Source: Candidatus Saccharimonadales bacterium
Lineage (GTDB): Bacteria; Patescibacteriota; Saccharimonadia; Saccharimonadales; UBA10212
Reading direction: 5' to 3'
Assembly: GCA_035758565.1 (NCBI GenBank)
Contig: DASTXL010000002.1
Coordinates: forward strand, 19,118-83,117
DNA: 64,000 nt
Shown: in pieces, positions 34,162-43,277 of the stretch
Layout: each line of letters opens with the position of its first letter
Numbering within the stretch: the first letter of the stretch is position 1
Position numbers and translations under genes: made by a program
Notes under the pieces: model-generated
Seen by the model: the letters and a program-made list of their open reading frames with translations, nothing else
The model's database searches: none
Told to the model about the DNA's origin: nothing

Positions 34162-36189
34162 ATGTTTGATAATCCAAAATTCCAGAAATTAGTTGAGGCC
34201 GACAATCTAACCGGTGAAGTTGTAGCTACCAATAGTTTTATTGTCGAAGTCAAGGGTCTGGAGGGTGTACGACTGGGTGCCCAGGTCTTGTTCGAAGACG
34301 GCCAGCGCGGGCTGGTGCGCGAAGCTTACGGCGACCGCGTAATTTTATTTAACATTGACTCCGAGCGTATCGAACCCGGCACTCTGGCAGTGGTCGAAAA
34401 CGATACATTAAGCGTACCAGTCGGCAAAAATCTGGTTGGACGGGTTATTAGCCCTTTGGGCGAAGCCCGCGACGGCAAGGGCGCCGTGGCCGCTACTAAA
34501 ATGGCCGGTATTTTTAACCAAGCACCCGGCATTATGGACCGCAGCGTGCTCAACGAACAGCTGGTCAGCGGCGTCACGGCCGTCGACATGTTCTTCCCTG
34601 TTGTACTCGGCCAACGTATCGCTATCTTGGGCGACTCCAAAGCCGGTAAAAGTACTTTTTTGTCGCAGCTATCGGCCAACCAGGAAGGCACCAATCGCAT
34701 AGTTATTTACGTTTTGATCGGCAAACGCAAAGTCGACGTGGAGCGCCTACTGTCCAACTTGCGCGAATCCGGTGCCATGAAGCACACCATCGTGGTGATG
34801 GCCGATATCTTCGATTCTTTGACTCAATCATACTTGGCGCCATACGCCGCCTGTGCCATGGCCGAAGAATTATGGTACGGCGGCGAAGACGTAATTGTTA
34901 TTTACGATGACCTTTCCAGCCACGCCGAGGCCTACCGCCAGCTGTCTTTACTGCAAGAGGTCGACCCAGGTCGCGATTCTTTCCCGGGCGATATTTTTTA
35001 TGCCCACTCATCTTTGCTGGAGCGCGCCGGCAAACTTTTAACCAACATGAAGACGCTAACCGCCCTGCCAGTGGTCATGACACCGAACGACGACATTACA
35101 GGCTATCTTTCTACCTCGATCATGTCTATTACGGATGGTCAGATTGTTTTCGATCTTGGCTTGTTCCGTGAAGGTATCCGCCCGGCCGTTAATGCCGGCC
35201 TGTCCGTTTCGCGCGTTGGTGGCCAAGCGCAAACTCACCGCCAAAAAGGCGTTACCAGCACCTTATTTCAAAAGCTTGCCAAATATACCCAGGCCGAGGA
35301 GTTCTCGCACTTCGGCTCCAGCCTAAGCAAAGACGCTACTATTGATTTGCGCCTCGGCAAGCAAATCTATAGTATTTTGCAGCAGCCACCTTCTGAATTA
35401 CACTCGCTGGTTGATCAAGAATTAATGTTAGAAACGGTTCTTTTGGGAGGCGGACAGGTAGATATCAACACAGCTGGCTTAAAAGAGGCTGTCAAAAAAG
35501 TAACGCCTAAGCCCAAAGACGAAAAAGATTTTGACCGCATCGAAGCCGATTTGCTTAAGAAATTCACTGTTCAGCCGGCCGGCGCCGCGGCTCCAGCTAC
35601 GCAAGCCCCGGGCCAACCGCCCGCCCCAGGTCAGCCTAGCGATAATAAAGACAACAAGATCGATGTAAAAACCGAAGACAAAGATAAAGACAATAAAAAA
35701 GAAGAATCTAAAGAGTCTGATAAGTCCAAAGCGCCCGAGCAAAAGACGGAAGAAAAACCAGAGCAGCCACCAGCCCCGCAACAGAAGCCAGAAGAAAATC
35801 AGGCCGAGGTGGCGCCAGCAGAGGCCGGAGCCGAAGCTAAACCGTCTGAGCCAGAAACCCAAGCGCCCATTCAAACCGAACCGAGATCCGATCAAAGCAC
35901 CCAGCAGGGCTCAGAACCAAAGTCCGAGCCAAGCGCTGAGCAAAAAACAGAAGCAGCCGAGCCTAAGCCAGATGAGGCCGTATCGGAATCTAAACCAGAA
36001 GCAGCCCAGACGCTTTCGACTGAACCGCCTAAACCAGAGGAGACACCGCAGCCGAAACCTAAGCGTCCGCTAATCAAGGCTAGTGTCCGTCACCGCAAAA
36101 AGAAGATTCAATCAGAGCCACCCAAGAAATCCCGCATCAAACCGCACGCCCAACTAAAACGCAAGAAAGAGAAATCTCGTGCGCGTTAA
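34162..36189 (+). CDS. atpA: F1 ATPase alpha-like subunit with ~220-aa Pro/Glu/Lys-rich C-terminal extension
   Basis: Divergent P-loop (GDSKAGKST), ITDGQIVF, and RPAVNAGLSVSRVGGQAQ alpha signatures. Residues from about 455 to 675 are low complexity and end in a strongly basic stretch. Confidence 0.85.
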   Translation: MFDNPKFQKLVEADNLTGEVVATNSFIVEVKGLEGVRLGAQVLFEDGQRGLVREAYGDRVILFNIDSERIEPGTLAVVENDTLSVPVGKNLVGRVISPLGEARDGKGAVAATKMAGIFNQAPGIMDRSVLNEQLVSGVTAVDMFFPVVLGQRIAILGDSKAGKSTFLSQLSANQEGTNRIVIYVLIGKRKVDVERLLSNLRESGAMKHTIVVMADIFDSLTQSYLAPYAACAMAEELWYGGEDVIVIYDDLSSHAEAYRQLSLLQEVDPGRDSFPGDIFYAHSSLLERAGKLLTNMKTLTALPVVMTPNDDITGYLSTSIMSITDGQIVFDLGLFREGIRPAVNAGLSVSRVGGQAQTHRQKGVTSTLFQKLAKYTQAEEFSHFGSSLSKDATIDLRLGKQIYSILQQPPSELHSLVDQELMLETVLLGGGQVDINTAGLKEAVKKVTPKPKDEKDFDRIEADLLKKFTVQPAGAAAPATQAPGQPPAPGQPSDNKDNKIDVKTEDKDKDNKKEESKESDKSKAPEQKTEEKPEQPPAPQQKPEENQAEVAPAEAGAEAKPSEPETQAPIQTEPRSDQSTQQGSEPKSEPSAEQKTEAAEPKPDEAVSESKPEAAQTLSTEPPKPEETPQPKPKRPLIKASVRHRKKKIQSEPPKKSRIKPHAQLKRKKEKSRAR

Positions 36190-36197
36190 ATTAATAA

Positions 36198-36330
36198 GGG
36201 AAAAGAGTAGCACCGGTCCGGCAATTGCCGGATTTGGATTTATTCCAAAAGGTGCGTTGAGGAAAACCGGGGTCCCTGCAAAGTTTACTTTGTGGGGTGA
36301 TGGTACCGTAGGTTGTCCTCAAAAGGCAGA
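36198..36330 (+). repeat. two-hairpin intergenic element, copy B (atpA-atpG spacer), expanded
   Basis: It shares the 5' TAAGGGAAAAGAG motif and the TTGAGGAAAACC...CCGTAGGTTGTCCTCAA hairpin (36257..36322) with copy A. The stem changes are compensatory (A-T to T-A). Confidence 0.65.
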
Positions 36331-36345
36331 GCGGAGCGGAACCGC

Positions 36346-37200
36346 ATGAGACGCGCTAACCAAATCGAAAAAGACAGCGAGCAGATTGAAACCGTCGAAG
36401 ACCTGACCGGTGTTTTTGAAAGTATTGCCTCGACCCAGGTTGCCAAAGTCAAAAACAAAGTTGAGCTTTCTAAGCAATTCTTTCAGTTGATCTGGGCTCG
36501 TTATACGGCTGTTCGTTTTGACCCATCAATGCGCATAACCAACCGCGATATTGGCACCACAGACAAAACCGCTTTTATTGTTATCTCTGGCGAAGCCGGT
36601 TTGTCAGGCGACATCGACCAACGCTTGATTGAATCAATGCTGCAAAGCTACGACGCTAAGACTTGCGATATCGTCGTGCTTGGCACCCACGGCGCCACTC
36701 AGCTAAAGCAGCGCGGCGTACCTTATATCAAATTTTTTAAGGTACCAGAAACCGATAAATATATTGATGTAAGCCCGGTGATCAACATCGTGCTGCCCTA
36801 TTCGCGCATCATTGTTTATTACGAAGAATATGTAAGCTTGGGTGTCCAGGAAGTCAAAACCATCGATCTAATCTCCAGCATGCGCGATATGAGCGAGCAG
36901 GCCGACGAAGAGGTTATGACGCCCTTTGATACCATCTTCGAACCGTCGCTCGACGAAATTGCCGAGCAAATGGAAATGACTATGATGACTCTGGCGCTGT
37001 CTGAGGCTATTTTGGAATCCAGTCTGGCCCAAGCCGCCAGCCGCTTTAACGCCATGGCCGTTGCCAAAAAGCGCGCCCTTGAGCTGCTAATGCAATACCA
37101 GATGGAATTTCACCGGGCTAAACGCGGCGAAAGCGACCGCGCCCTGCGCGAAGTTATGGTAAGTTTAAAGAAGAAAAAGCATCGGGTGGACGCGAGATAA
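36346..37200 (+). CDS. atpG: F1 ATPase gamma-like subunit
   Basis: Length and N-/C-terminal helices (final ...AKRGESDRALREVMVSLKK) are consistent with gamma. I prefer the ATG at 36346 (MRRANQIEKD) to the track TTG at 36313, which lies inside the repeat hairpin. Confidence 0.7.
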   Translation: MRRANQIEKDSEQIETVEDLTGVFESIASTQVAKVKNKVELSKQFFQLIWARYTAVRFDPSMRITNRDIGTTDKTAFIVISGEAGLSGDIDQRLIESMLQSYDAKTCDIVVLGTHGATQLKQRGVPYIKFFKVPETDKYIDVSPVINIVLPYSRIIVYYEEYVSLGVQEVKTIDLISSMRDMSEQADEEVMTPFDTIFEPSLDEIAEQMEMTMMTLALSEAILESSLAQAASRFNAMAVAKKRALELLMQYQMEFHRAKRGESDRALREVMVSLKKKKHRVDAR

Positions 37201-37201
37201 G

Positions 37202-38860
37202 ATGGCAACAAAAGCAAAAACTAAACCAGCTGGCAAAAGGGCCGCGCCCAAAAAAATGACGGCCAAATCGGCTAGCAAGGCTAGAAAGGCAGCACCCAGC
37301 AAAGTTGCCGAACCGCAAGCCGGCGGTGCTTTTGTGGGCATCATCAAATCTTTGCGCGGTCTGATGGTTGAGGTTGAAATTTTGGGCGAGCGCCCAGAAG
37401 AAAAAGAGTTGCTCAACGTCGAGGGTCATCCGGAAGTATTTTTGGAAGTAAACTTCTTTAAGGCCGGCTCGGCCGTGTGCCTAAACTTGAGCAACTCGCA
37501 GGTCATGGCCTGCGGCCAAAAAATTACCCGCACCCGCAGCAAAGTTTCGGTGCCGGTTGGGCCAAAAAGCTTGGGCCGGGTCTTTAACGCGCTGGGCGAA
37601 CCGCTTGATAAAGGCCAAGCCGTTACCGAAAACCGCCGGCCAATTTCTGAACCTACCGGCACCCGCAGCTATCGCAATAGCCAAAAGCTGGAGTTGCTTG
37701 AAACCGGGCTAAAAGTTATCGACTTTTTAACGCCGTTTGTTAAGGGGCGCAAAATTGGCATTGTGGGCGGTGCCGGTGTGGGCAAAACGGTGTTAACAAC
37801 CGAGATGATCCATAACGTTAGCCGTAGTAGTAAAAGCCTAGCTATTTACTGCGGTGTTGGCGAGCGTATTCGCGAAGGCAACGAACTTTACGAAACTTTA
37901 AAAGACACCGATGTGCTCAAAAACACGGTGATGTTTTTTGGCCAGATGGACTCCACACCGACTATTCGCTCAATGGTGGCGCCGGCTGCCGCCACAGCCG
38001 CCGAGTACTTCCGCGACGAAGAAGGCAAAGATATCCTGTTCTTTGTTGACAATATTTACCGCCATATTCAGGCTCTAACCGAGCTATCTACCAACCTCGG
38101 TTTAATCCCATCCGAGGGTGGTTATTCGCCGCTAGTTTTTGCAGAGCTGCGTCGTTTGCAGGACCGCTTGAGCTCTACCGAACAAGGCACCATCACTAGC
38201 GTGCAGGCTGTTTTTATTCCGGCGGACGACCTTTCCGACCCAGCTGTGCAGGCAATCAGCCAGCAGCTCGACTCGGTGCTGGTGCTCGACCGCTCCATTG
38301 CCGAGCAAGGCATCCGCCCGGCCGTTAACTTGCTCAAGACTACTTCTTCCCTGCTGACGCCGGCCATTGTTGGCGAGCGCCATTACCAGCTGGCCGGCAA
38401 AGTTCAAGCCATCATGCAAAAGTATGACTCGCTCAAGAACATCATCGCCATCGTTGGCGAAAACGAACTTAGTCCAGTGGACCGCGCCGATTACCAAAAC
38501 GCCAAAAAACTGATTGAATTCTTTAACCAAGACTTCTCGGTTGCCGAGAAGTTCAGCGGCCGTCCAGGCCAGTACTTTACACTCGAGCAAACTCTGGACG
38601 GTATTGAGGCTATTCTGCAAGGCAAAGAAGTTCCCGGCGCTAAACCGGCGGATGCTAAAGCAACAGATAAGCCAGCCGACGGAGCTCCGGCCGCACCAGC
38701 CCAGGGACAAACTCCGGCTCCGGCCGAGGGCCAAAAACCAGCCGAAGGCCAAAAACCAGCCGAAGGCCAAGCTAAGACACCGGACAATAAGACCGAAGAA
38801 GAGTCTAAAAAGAAGAAAGGGGCCTTAAGTGGGCTTACTAAAGCGTTCCACAGGCGGTGA
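37202..38860 (+). CDS. atpD: F1 ATPase beta subunit with Lys-rich N-terminal and Pro/Ala/Glu/Lys-rich C-terminal extensions
   Basis: Walker A GGAGVGKTV, and DNIYRH.QA...S...G..PS..GY.P motifs. N-terminal extension of about 45 aa (MATKAKTKPAGKRAAPKK...). The C-terminal tail contains three AEGQKP repeats. Confidence 0.9.
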   Translation: MATKAKTKPAGKRAAPKKMTAKSASKARKAAPSKVAEPQAGGAFVGIIKSLRGLMVEVEILGERPEEKELLNVEGHPEVFLEVNFFKAGSAVCLNLSNSQVMACGQKITRTRSKVSVPVGPKSLGRVFNALGEPLDKGQAVTENRRPISEPTGTRSYRNSQKLELLETGLKVIDFLTPFVKGRKIGIVGGAGVGKTVLTTEMIHNVSRSSKSLAIYCGVGERIREGNELYETLKDTDVLKNTVMFFGQMDSTPTIRSMVAPAAATAAEYFRDEEGKDILFFVDNIYRHIQALTELSTNLGLIPSEGGYSPLVFAELRRLQDRLSSTEQGTITSVQAVFIPADDLSDPAVQAISQQLDSVLVLDRSIAEQGIRPAVNLLKTTSSLLTPAIVGERHYQLAGKVQAIMQKYDSLKNIIAIVGENELSPVDRADYQNAKKLIEFFNQDFSVAEKFSGRPGQYFTLEQTLDGIEAILQGKEVPGAKPADAKATDKPADGAPAAPAQGQTPAPAEGQKPAEGQKPAEGQAKTPDNKTEEESKKKKGALSGLTKAFHRR

Positions 38861-39101
38861 GCTGCAGGTTGTTGCCCGGGCGCCCTTTAACGTTTATTAC
38901 GAAGGTCCGGCCCAAACCCTGTCGGCAGCCAATAAAATTGGTCAGTTTGATGTGCTGCCCGGCCACGCCGATTTTTTCTCTGTTTTGAGTCCTGGAGAAG
39001 TCAGTATTAATACCGGCAGCGGCGAACCAGTCACCTTTCCTATAAATAATGGCATTATTACTGTCCGCGACGACAACGTGATGCTTTTTTGCAATATGTA
39101 G
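38829..39101 (+). CDS. atpC: F1 ATPase epsilon-like subunit (beta-sandwich only, 90 aa)
   Basis: LQVVARAPFNVYYEGPAQTLSAANKIGQFDVLPGHADFFSVLSPGEVSI fits the epsilon N-terminal domain pattern. No C-terminal helical hairpin. The GTG start overlaps atpD and the exact start is uncertain. Confidence 0.6.
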   Translation: MGLLKRSTGGELQVVARAPFNVYYEGPAQTLSAANKIGQFDVLPGHADFFSVLSPGEVSINTGSGEPVTFPINNGIITVRDDNVMLFCNM

Positions 39102-39106
39102 CATTA

Positions 39107-39133
39107 ATGAGACACCCCTTCGGGGTTTCTCAT
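39107..39133 (+). terminator. stem-loop with UUCG loop directly after the ATPase operon
   Basis: ATGAGA-C-ACCCC-ttcg-GGGGT-T-TCTCAT, 6 nt after the atpC stop codon. It resembles hairpin 2 of the repeat family (62399..62425). Confidence 0.5.
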
Positions 39134-39691
39134 CGGATCTGGCGGAGTTAATCCGCCTTCGCCTTCGGCGAACCGCCCCTTCTCTTCCCGAGAAAGGATC
39201 TCTCTTTTCCCCTACTGGTTGATCCAGGCTCGAGCCTCGATTATTCCTCATGGGTCCGGGCATCGGCTTTTTCTTAAGAGGGACAGAACGTACAAAAAGC
39301 CAGTGAACCTGCGAAACGGCGGGCGGACTTGGCTATAGTTTTGGCTTTACTCACTTTCAGAACGCCAAAATTCATCAGTTTCCTCGAGCCTGGGCGAACT
39401 TTGGCCTCTCTAAAACTTCGGCATCTTTCGTGCCCTGATTTGGCGTTGTGAGAATCAGGCGTCCTTGGGTGCGAGAGCTCTCAAACAAGCCTCCTCTTTT
39501 TCCTCCTGCTGACTGATTCAGGCTCGAAAAAACAGAGGGAGAAAGCGATTAAAAACAGGCAGAATCGAGGATTGTCTGAGCGACAGCGAGTTCCGCAGAT
39601 TCACCAGTTTTTATGAGTGAGCGACCATCTTGTTTTTGAATGCCTGCCGGTTTTTGGGTTCCGTTTTTGGCAGTCAAAAATGGAACGAATG

Positions 39692-40696
39692 CTATTGTTC
39701 TACTACGTAATCAAAGCTACAGCTAATTCCTGCTGGAACTGAGCCCGCTATGGTAAAGCCGCTCGTTGTTCTGCTGGCTATATAAACGTTATTGCAAGAA
39801 GAGCTGCCAATCCCAGAGATCACCACGTGTGGAGTGCTATTATAATGAGTCCTGAAGCTTACGGTTCCCAGTGTGCCACTTGCCCCGCCGCCGCCAGCAT
39901 TAACGTTAACGGTTCCCGCCGCATCGTTTCCGCCCACTGTGCCCGTACCGCCAGAACCCAGATTACCGGGACTGAAGCCGGGCGTGCTTCCACTTGTAAG
40001 CACGTGACCAGCCACAGTTATATTGCCCGTTTGAAACGAGCCTATAGCCAGCGTGCCGCCTACCGCCAAGTTGCCAGAAATATTCGCACTATTATTAACA
40101 GTTAGAAGCTGAGCAATAGTAGTGGCACCTTGCAGCTTGGTAGAGCCGGTAACCGTCAAACCATTGCGCAGAGCCAGGTTAGATAAGGTTCCATCGCCAT
40201 TGACATTCAGGTCGCTTAACGATGTTTTGCCAGCCTCAAGCTGTGTCAGGCTGGCGTCAGCAGCTACGAATTTGCTGTTGAGCTTAAGCTGGCCGGCAAT
40301 ACTCACATCACCGCCCACCTGCAACTTGCCGTCGAATTTAGCATCCGGGTTAACGGTAAGCTCGATTCCAGAATCACCAATAGCCGTACGGTTAACACCC
40401 AGCTTGCTCAATGCATCCTGGTTAATTGTCACCTGGCCTTGGTTAGAAGCAGCTGCTTTGCCCTGGCTTTTTAGTACAAAGGCAATGATTCCGGCGTTGA
40501 CGGCCAATATAGCTACAACCACAGCCAGTCCTATAAAGGTACCTTTGTGGCTCGGCCGGTAAGAACCGCGGCGATAAGTCTTAGCGCCAGACTTTGGCGC
40601 AGCTGCTGCTGTTGGCGCCTCCGCGCCCGCAGCGGCGTTTTCGTTCTGCGGCTTCAATTCTTCGGCTTGTGGCAAATTGGATGGTTCGTCGGCCAT
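39692..40696 (-). CDS. membrane-anchored beta-helix-repeat surface protein
   Basis: Cytoplasmic N-terminus, one TM (FIGLAVVVAILAVNAGIIAFVL), and repetitive G..(L/V).(V/L).G motifs. The C-terminal ~70 aa (VSFRTHYNSTPHVVISG...SGFTI...FDYVV) is weakly reminiscent of an H-type-lectin-like fold. Confidence 0.65.
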   Translation of the reverse strand: MADEPSNLPQAEELKPQNENAAAGAEAPTAAAAPKSGAKTYRRGSYRPSHKGTFIGLAVVVAILAVNAGIIAFVLKSQGKAAASNQGQVTINQDALSKLGVNRTAIGDSGIELTVNPDAKFDGKLQVGGDVSIAGQLKLNSKFVAADASLTQLEAGKTSLSDLNVNGDGTLSNLALRNGLTVTGSTKLQGATTIAQLLTVNNSANISGNLAVGGTLAIGSFQTGNITVAGHVLTSGSTPGFSPGNLGSGGTGTVGGNDAAGTVNVNAGGGGASGTLGTVSFRTHYNSTPHVVISGIGSSSCNNVYIASRTTSGFTIAGSVPAGISCSFDYVVEQ

Positions 40697-40944
40697 CTTT
40701 ATATATAAACCCCCTGGCTTCTTTCCTTATTATAACGCTTAAGCTCTTGCCCGGCCAACGCCTAGGTGGTTGCAAATTTAGCTAATTTTTACCAGAATGA
40801 AGCTTATGGTGAACTCACTTCACACATCTTTCACGCTACAACCCAGTTTGGCGCCACCAGCCAGTAATTTTGTTCGTCAACGTGGTGGCAACCACGCTTC
40901 CTTACAAGAATCACTAGCTGGCACTCGCCAAATTGGCTTTCACT

Positions 40945-41715
40945 ATGCGAAAGGTACGTGAAGTGAGTTCAAAGCTTTTGGGGAGGCTTGGTGGTTTCAT
41001 AGTGGCTGCATTTGTGGTTGCTGGATTGTTCATGGGCGTGGCCCTGGCCGACGACACGCTGCAATCGCCGCATTATCAGCTAGAAGAAAGCATTGTTGGC
41101 AGCGGCGGTTTAATAAATTCTAGCTCGCCCAATTATCAATCCAACGAAGCTATTGGCGATACCGCCATTGGCAACTCCAGCTCGTCTAACTTTCAGATCA
41201 ATGCCGGCAACAAAACCACGCCGGATCCCACCTTGGCTTTTGGCGTAACCAGCCCCAACGCTACTTTTGGCAACTTTGATGCCAACTCTACTTCCACCGC
41301 TACTGCCACCTTTACCGTTTCGGACTACACCAGCTTTGGCTATGCCGTTCAGATTGTTGGCAGTCCGCCTTCTTATAATGGCCACGCCATTGCCGCCATG
41401 GGCACCGACGCTCAAGGCGGACCGCAGTCTCCACAAACCGGTATTGAGCAGTTCGGCATTAACCTGGTAGCCAACACCAGCCCGGTGAGTTTTGGCGCCA
41501 ACCCCGATAAAGGTCAATTCGGCGAAGGTGTGGCTGCCAGCAACTACAGCACTGCTAATAAATATAGGTATGTAGAGGGTGAAACTATTGCCACGGCTCC
41601 AAAAAGTTCGGGCGTAACTATATTTACCATTAGCTATGTGGTTAATGTGACTCACCTTACCCCTGCCGGCCAGTACACCAGCGCCCAATCAGTCATCTGT
41701 ACCGGCACATTTTAA
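40945..41715 (+). CDS. secreted surface-locus protein, paralogue 1 (shortest)
   Basis: Signal peptide. Shares QFGINLV and the C-terminal ...TISYVVNV....PAGQYTSAQSVICTGTF strand with the next two genes. The track start is a TTG at 40933. Confidence 0.7.
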   Translation: MRKVREVSSKLLGRLGGFIVAAFVVAGLFMGVALADDTLQSPHYQLEESIVGSGGLINSSSPNYQSNEAIGDTAIGNSSSSNFQINAGNKTTPDPTLAFGVTSPNATFGNFDANSTSTATATFTVSDYTSFGYAVQIVGSPPSYNGHAIAAMGTDAQGGPQSPQTGIEQFGINLVANTSPVSFGANPDKGQFGEGVAASNYSTANKYRYVEGETIATAPKSSGVTIFTISYVVNVTHLTPAGQYTSAQSVICTGTF

Positions 41716-41842
41716 TCTCACTCCTTTATATATAGATATAAAATTGTGGATAACTTCCTGTTCGCTTTTGTTGACTTGGTGATTTTGCTTATGCTAGACT
41801 CCAGTTAAAGCACGAAAATTAAAAGCTTAAAAAACAAAAAAG

Positions 41843-43117
41843 ATGAAGATAAATAAAAACGTTTTACCAGCAATCCTTGGCTTAGTTTTAATGGCGGGAG
41901 CACTTTTGTCTGCCCTGCCTGCTCACTATGCTCTAGCCGATGGCGTACAAATTACTGACCGCAGCTTAACCTTAGAAAGCAGCGGAGATACAGGCGTATC
42001 AGACATTGACAGCAACGGGGTGCCAGACGGCGGCAACATGCCAGGCGCTACAGTAAAGCATTTATTCAAATTCACCGTAAATAGTGGCGCCAGCATCGGT
42101 TCAATGGTCTTCCAGTATTGCACCACCGCCGCTCCAGTAGCTGCCGGGGTGCATTGTGTCGCCCCAACTGGCATGAGTGTTAACGGCGTTACGTTGACAG
42201 GAGCTACGTCAGGCGGCAGCTCCGATAACACTTGGACTGGTATGCAAAAGACCACTGTCGATGATGCCAGCGACACTACTATTAATGAAGTGATCCTCGA
42301 AAAAACTTCTGCAGCTCCAATCGCCACCGGCACAGTTCTTACGTTTGAATTGAGCGGCGTTGTCAACCCCACTAGTGCTCAGACATTCTTCGTCCGGATT
42401 TCGACATTAGATGGAACTGATGGAACGGGTAATATTAAAGATAGTGGCACTGTAGCCGCCGCCACCTCCGAACAGGTAAACCTATCCGGAACGATGCCCG
42501 AATCCCTAGTGTTCTGCGCAGGCAGCACTATTGGTTTAACTAACGGCGTGCCTGACTGTACTACCGCTGGTACCGACACTATTAACTTCAACTCTCTGTT
42601 CTCGCCAACCGCAACATCCTTTGCCACCTCTCAGATGGCTGCCTCTACCAACGCTGGTCAAGGCTACGCCATCACCGTAAATGGCCCCACTATGACCTCT
42701 GGTTCTAACACTATAAACCCAATCAATACGGGTACTTCGCCTAACTCCGACCAAAGTAAGTTTGGCAACAGCCAGTTCGGCCTAAATCTCAAACAGAATA
42801 CAGGTACCGAGTATACTAACGCTCCAAACATTTCGGCCAACGGCACCGAACCAGATAGCGCAGAGATTTCTCCAGCCTCTGGCAGTGGCAACTACCACGG
42901 CGAGGCCGCACCAGCTTCTGGCTACGATGTAGCCGGTTACTTCCGCTATAACGACGGTAGCGTAGTTGCCGATAGCGGTAGCGGCTACACCCTAAACGCC
43001 CCCGGCGGCACCGACGCCCAGATCTACACTGTCAGCTACATAGTCAACGTTCCTGGTAGCCAGCCCGCTGGTAGCTACACCACTACCCTGACCTACATCT
43101 GCACACCGACCTTCTAG
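41843..43117 (+). CDS. secreted surface-locus protein, paralogue 2
   Basis: Signal peptide. GTMPESLVFCAGSTIGL, QFGLNL, and the C-terminal YTVSYIVNVPGSQPAGSYTTTLTYICTPTF. Confidence 0.75.
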   Translation: MKINKNVLPAILGLVLMAGALLSALPAHYALADGVQITDRSLTLESSGDTGVSDIDSNGVPDGGNMPGATVKHLFKFTVNSGASIGSMVFQYCTTAAPVAAGVHCVAPTGMSVNGVTLTGATSGGSSDNTWTGMQKTTVDDASDTTINEVILEKTSAAPIATGTVLTFELSGVVNPTSAQTFFVRISTLDGTDGTGNIKDSGTVAAATSEQVNLSGTMPESLVFCAGSTIGLTNGVPDCTTAGTDTINFNSLFSPTATSFATSQMAASTNAGQGYAITVNGPTMTSGSNTINPINTGTSPNSDQSKFGNSQFGLNLKQNTGTEYTNAPNISANGTEPDSAEISPASGSGNYHGEAAPASGYDVAGYFRYNDGSVVADSGSGYTLNAPGGTDAQIYTVSYIVNVPGSQPAGSYTTTLTYICTPTF

Positions 43118-43277
43118 TTCAACCCTGGTTCAAGTGTTCGAAAAAGTGAGAAAAATAAAAAGGGAGAAACAAAAGTAAGACAAATGCGTAGCACAACTTA
43201 GAAAATTATTTAAAATAATCCACAACCATTAGCTATTTTCTTTGACGCTGCTTTAGTGCTCATGCTAATATTTCTGC

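Noticed and set aside
35479-36077. Antisense ORFs within the alpha-subunit tail, and the similar ORFs 38132..38787 within beta
   Set aside because: They are mirror images of low-complexity Pro/Glu/Lys coding sequence (Phe/Leu/Gly/Arg-rich) with no independent support.
36313-36345. TTG start of the gamma-subunit ORF given in the track
   Set aside because: The first 11 codons lie inside hairpin 2 of the intergenic repeat (copy B). The ATG at 36346 gives a more typical gamma N-terminus.
38838-39263. 141-aa minus-strand ORF
   Set aside because: It is antisense to atpC and extends into the hairpin-rich spacer. It is Arg-rich and low complexity.
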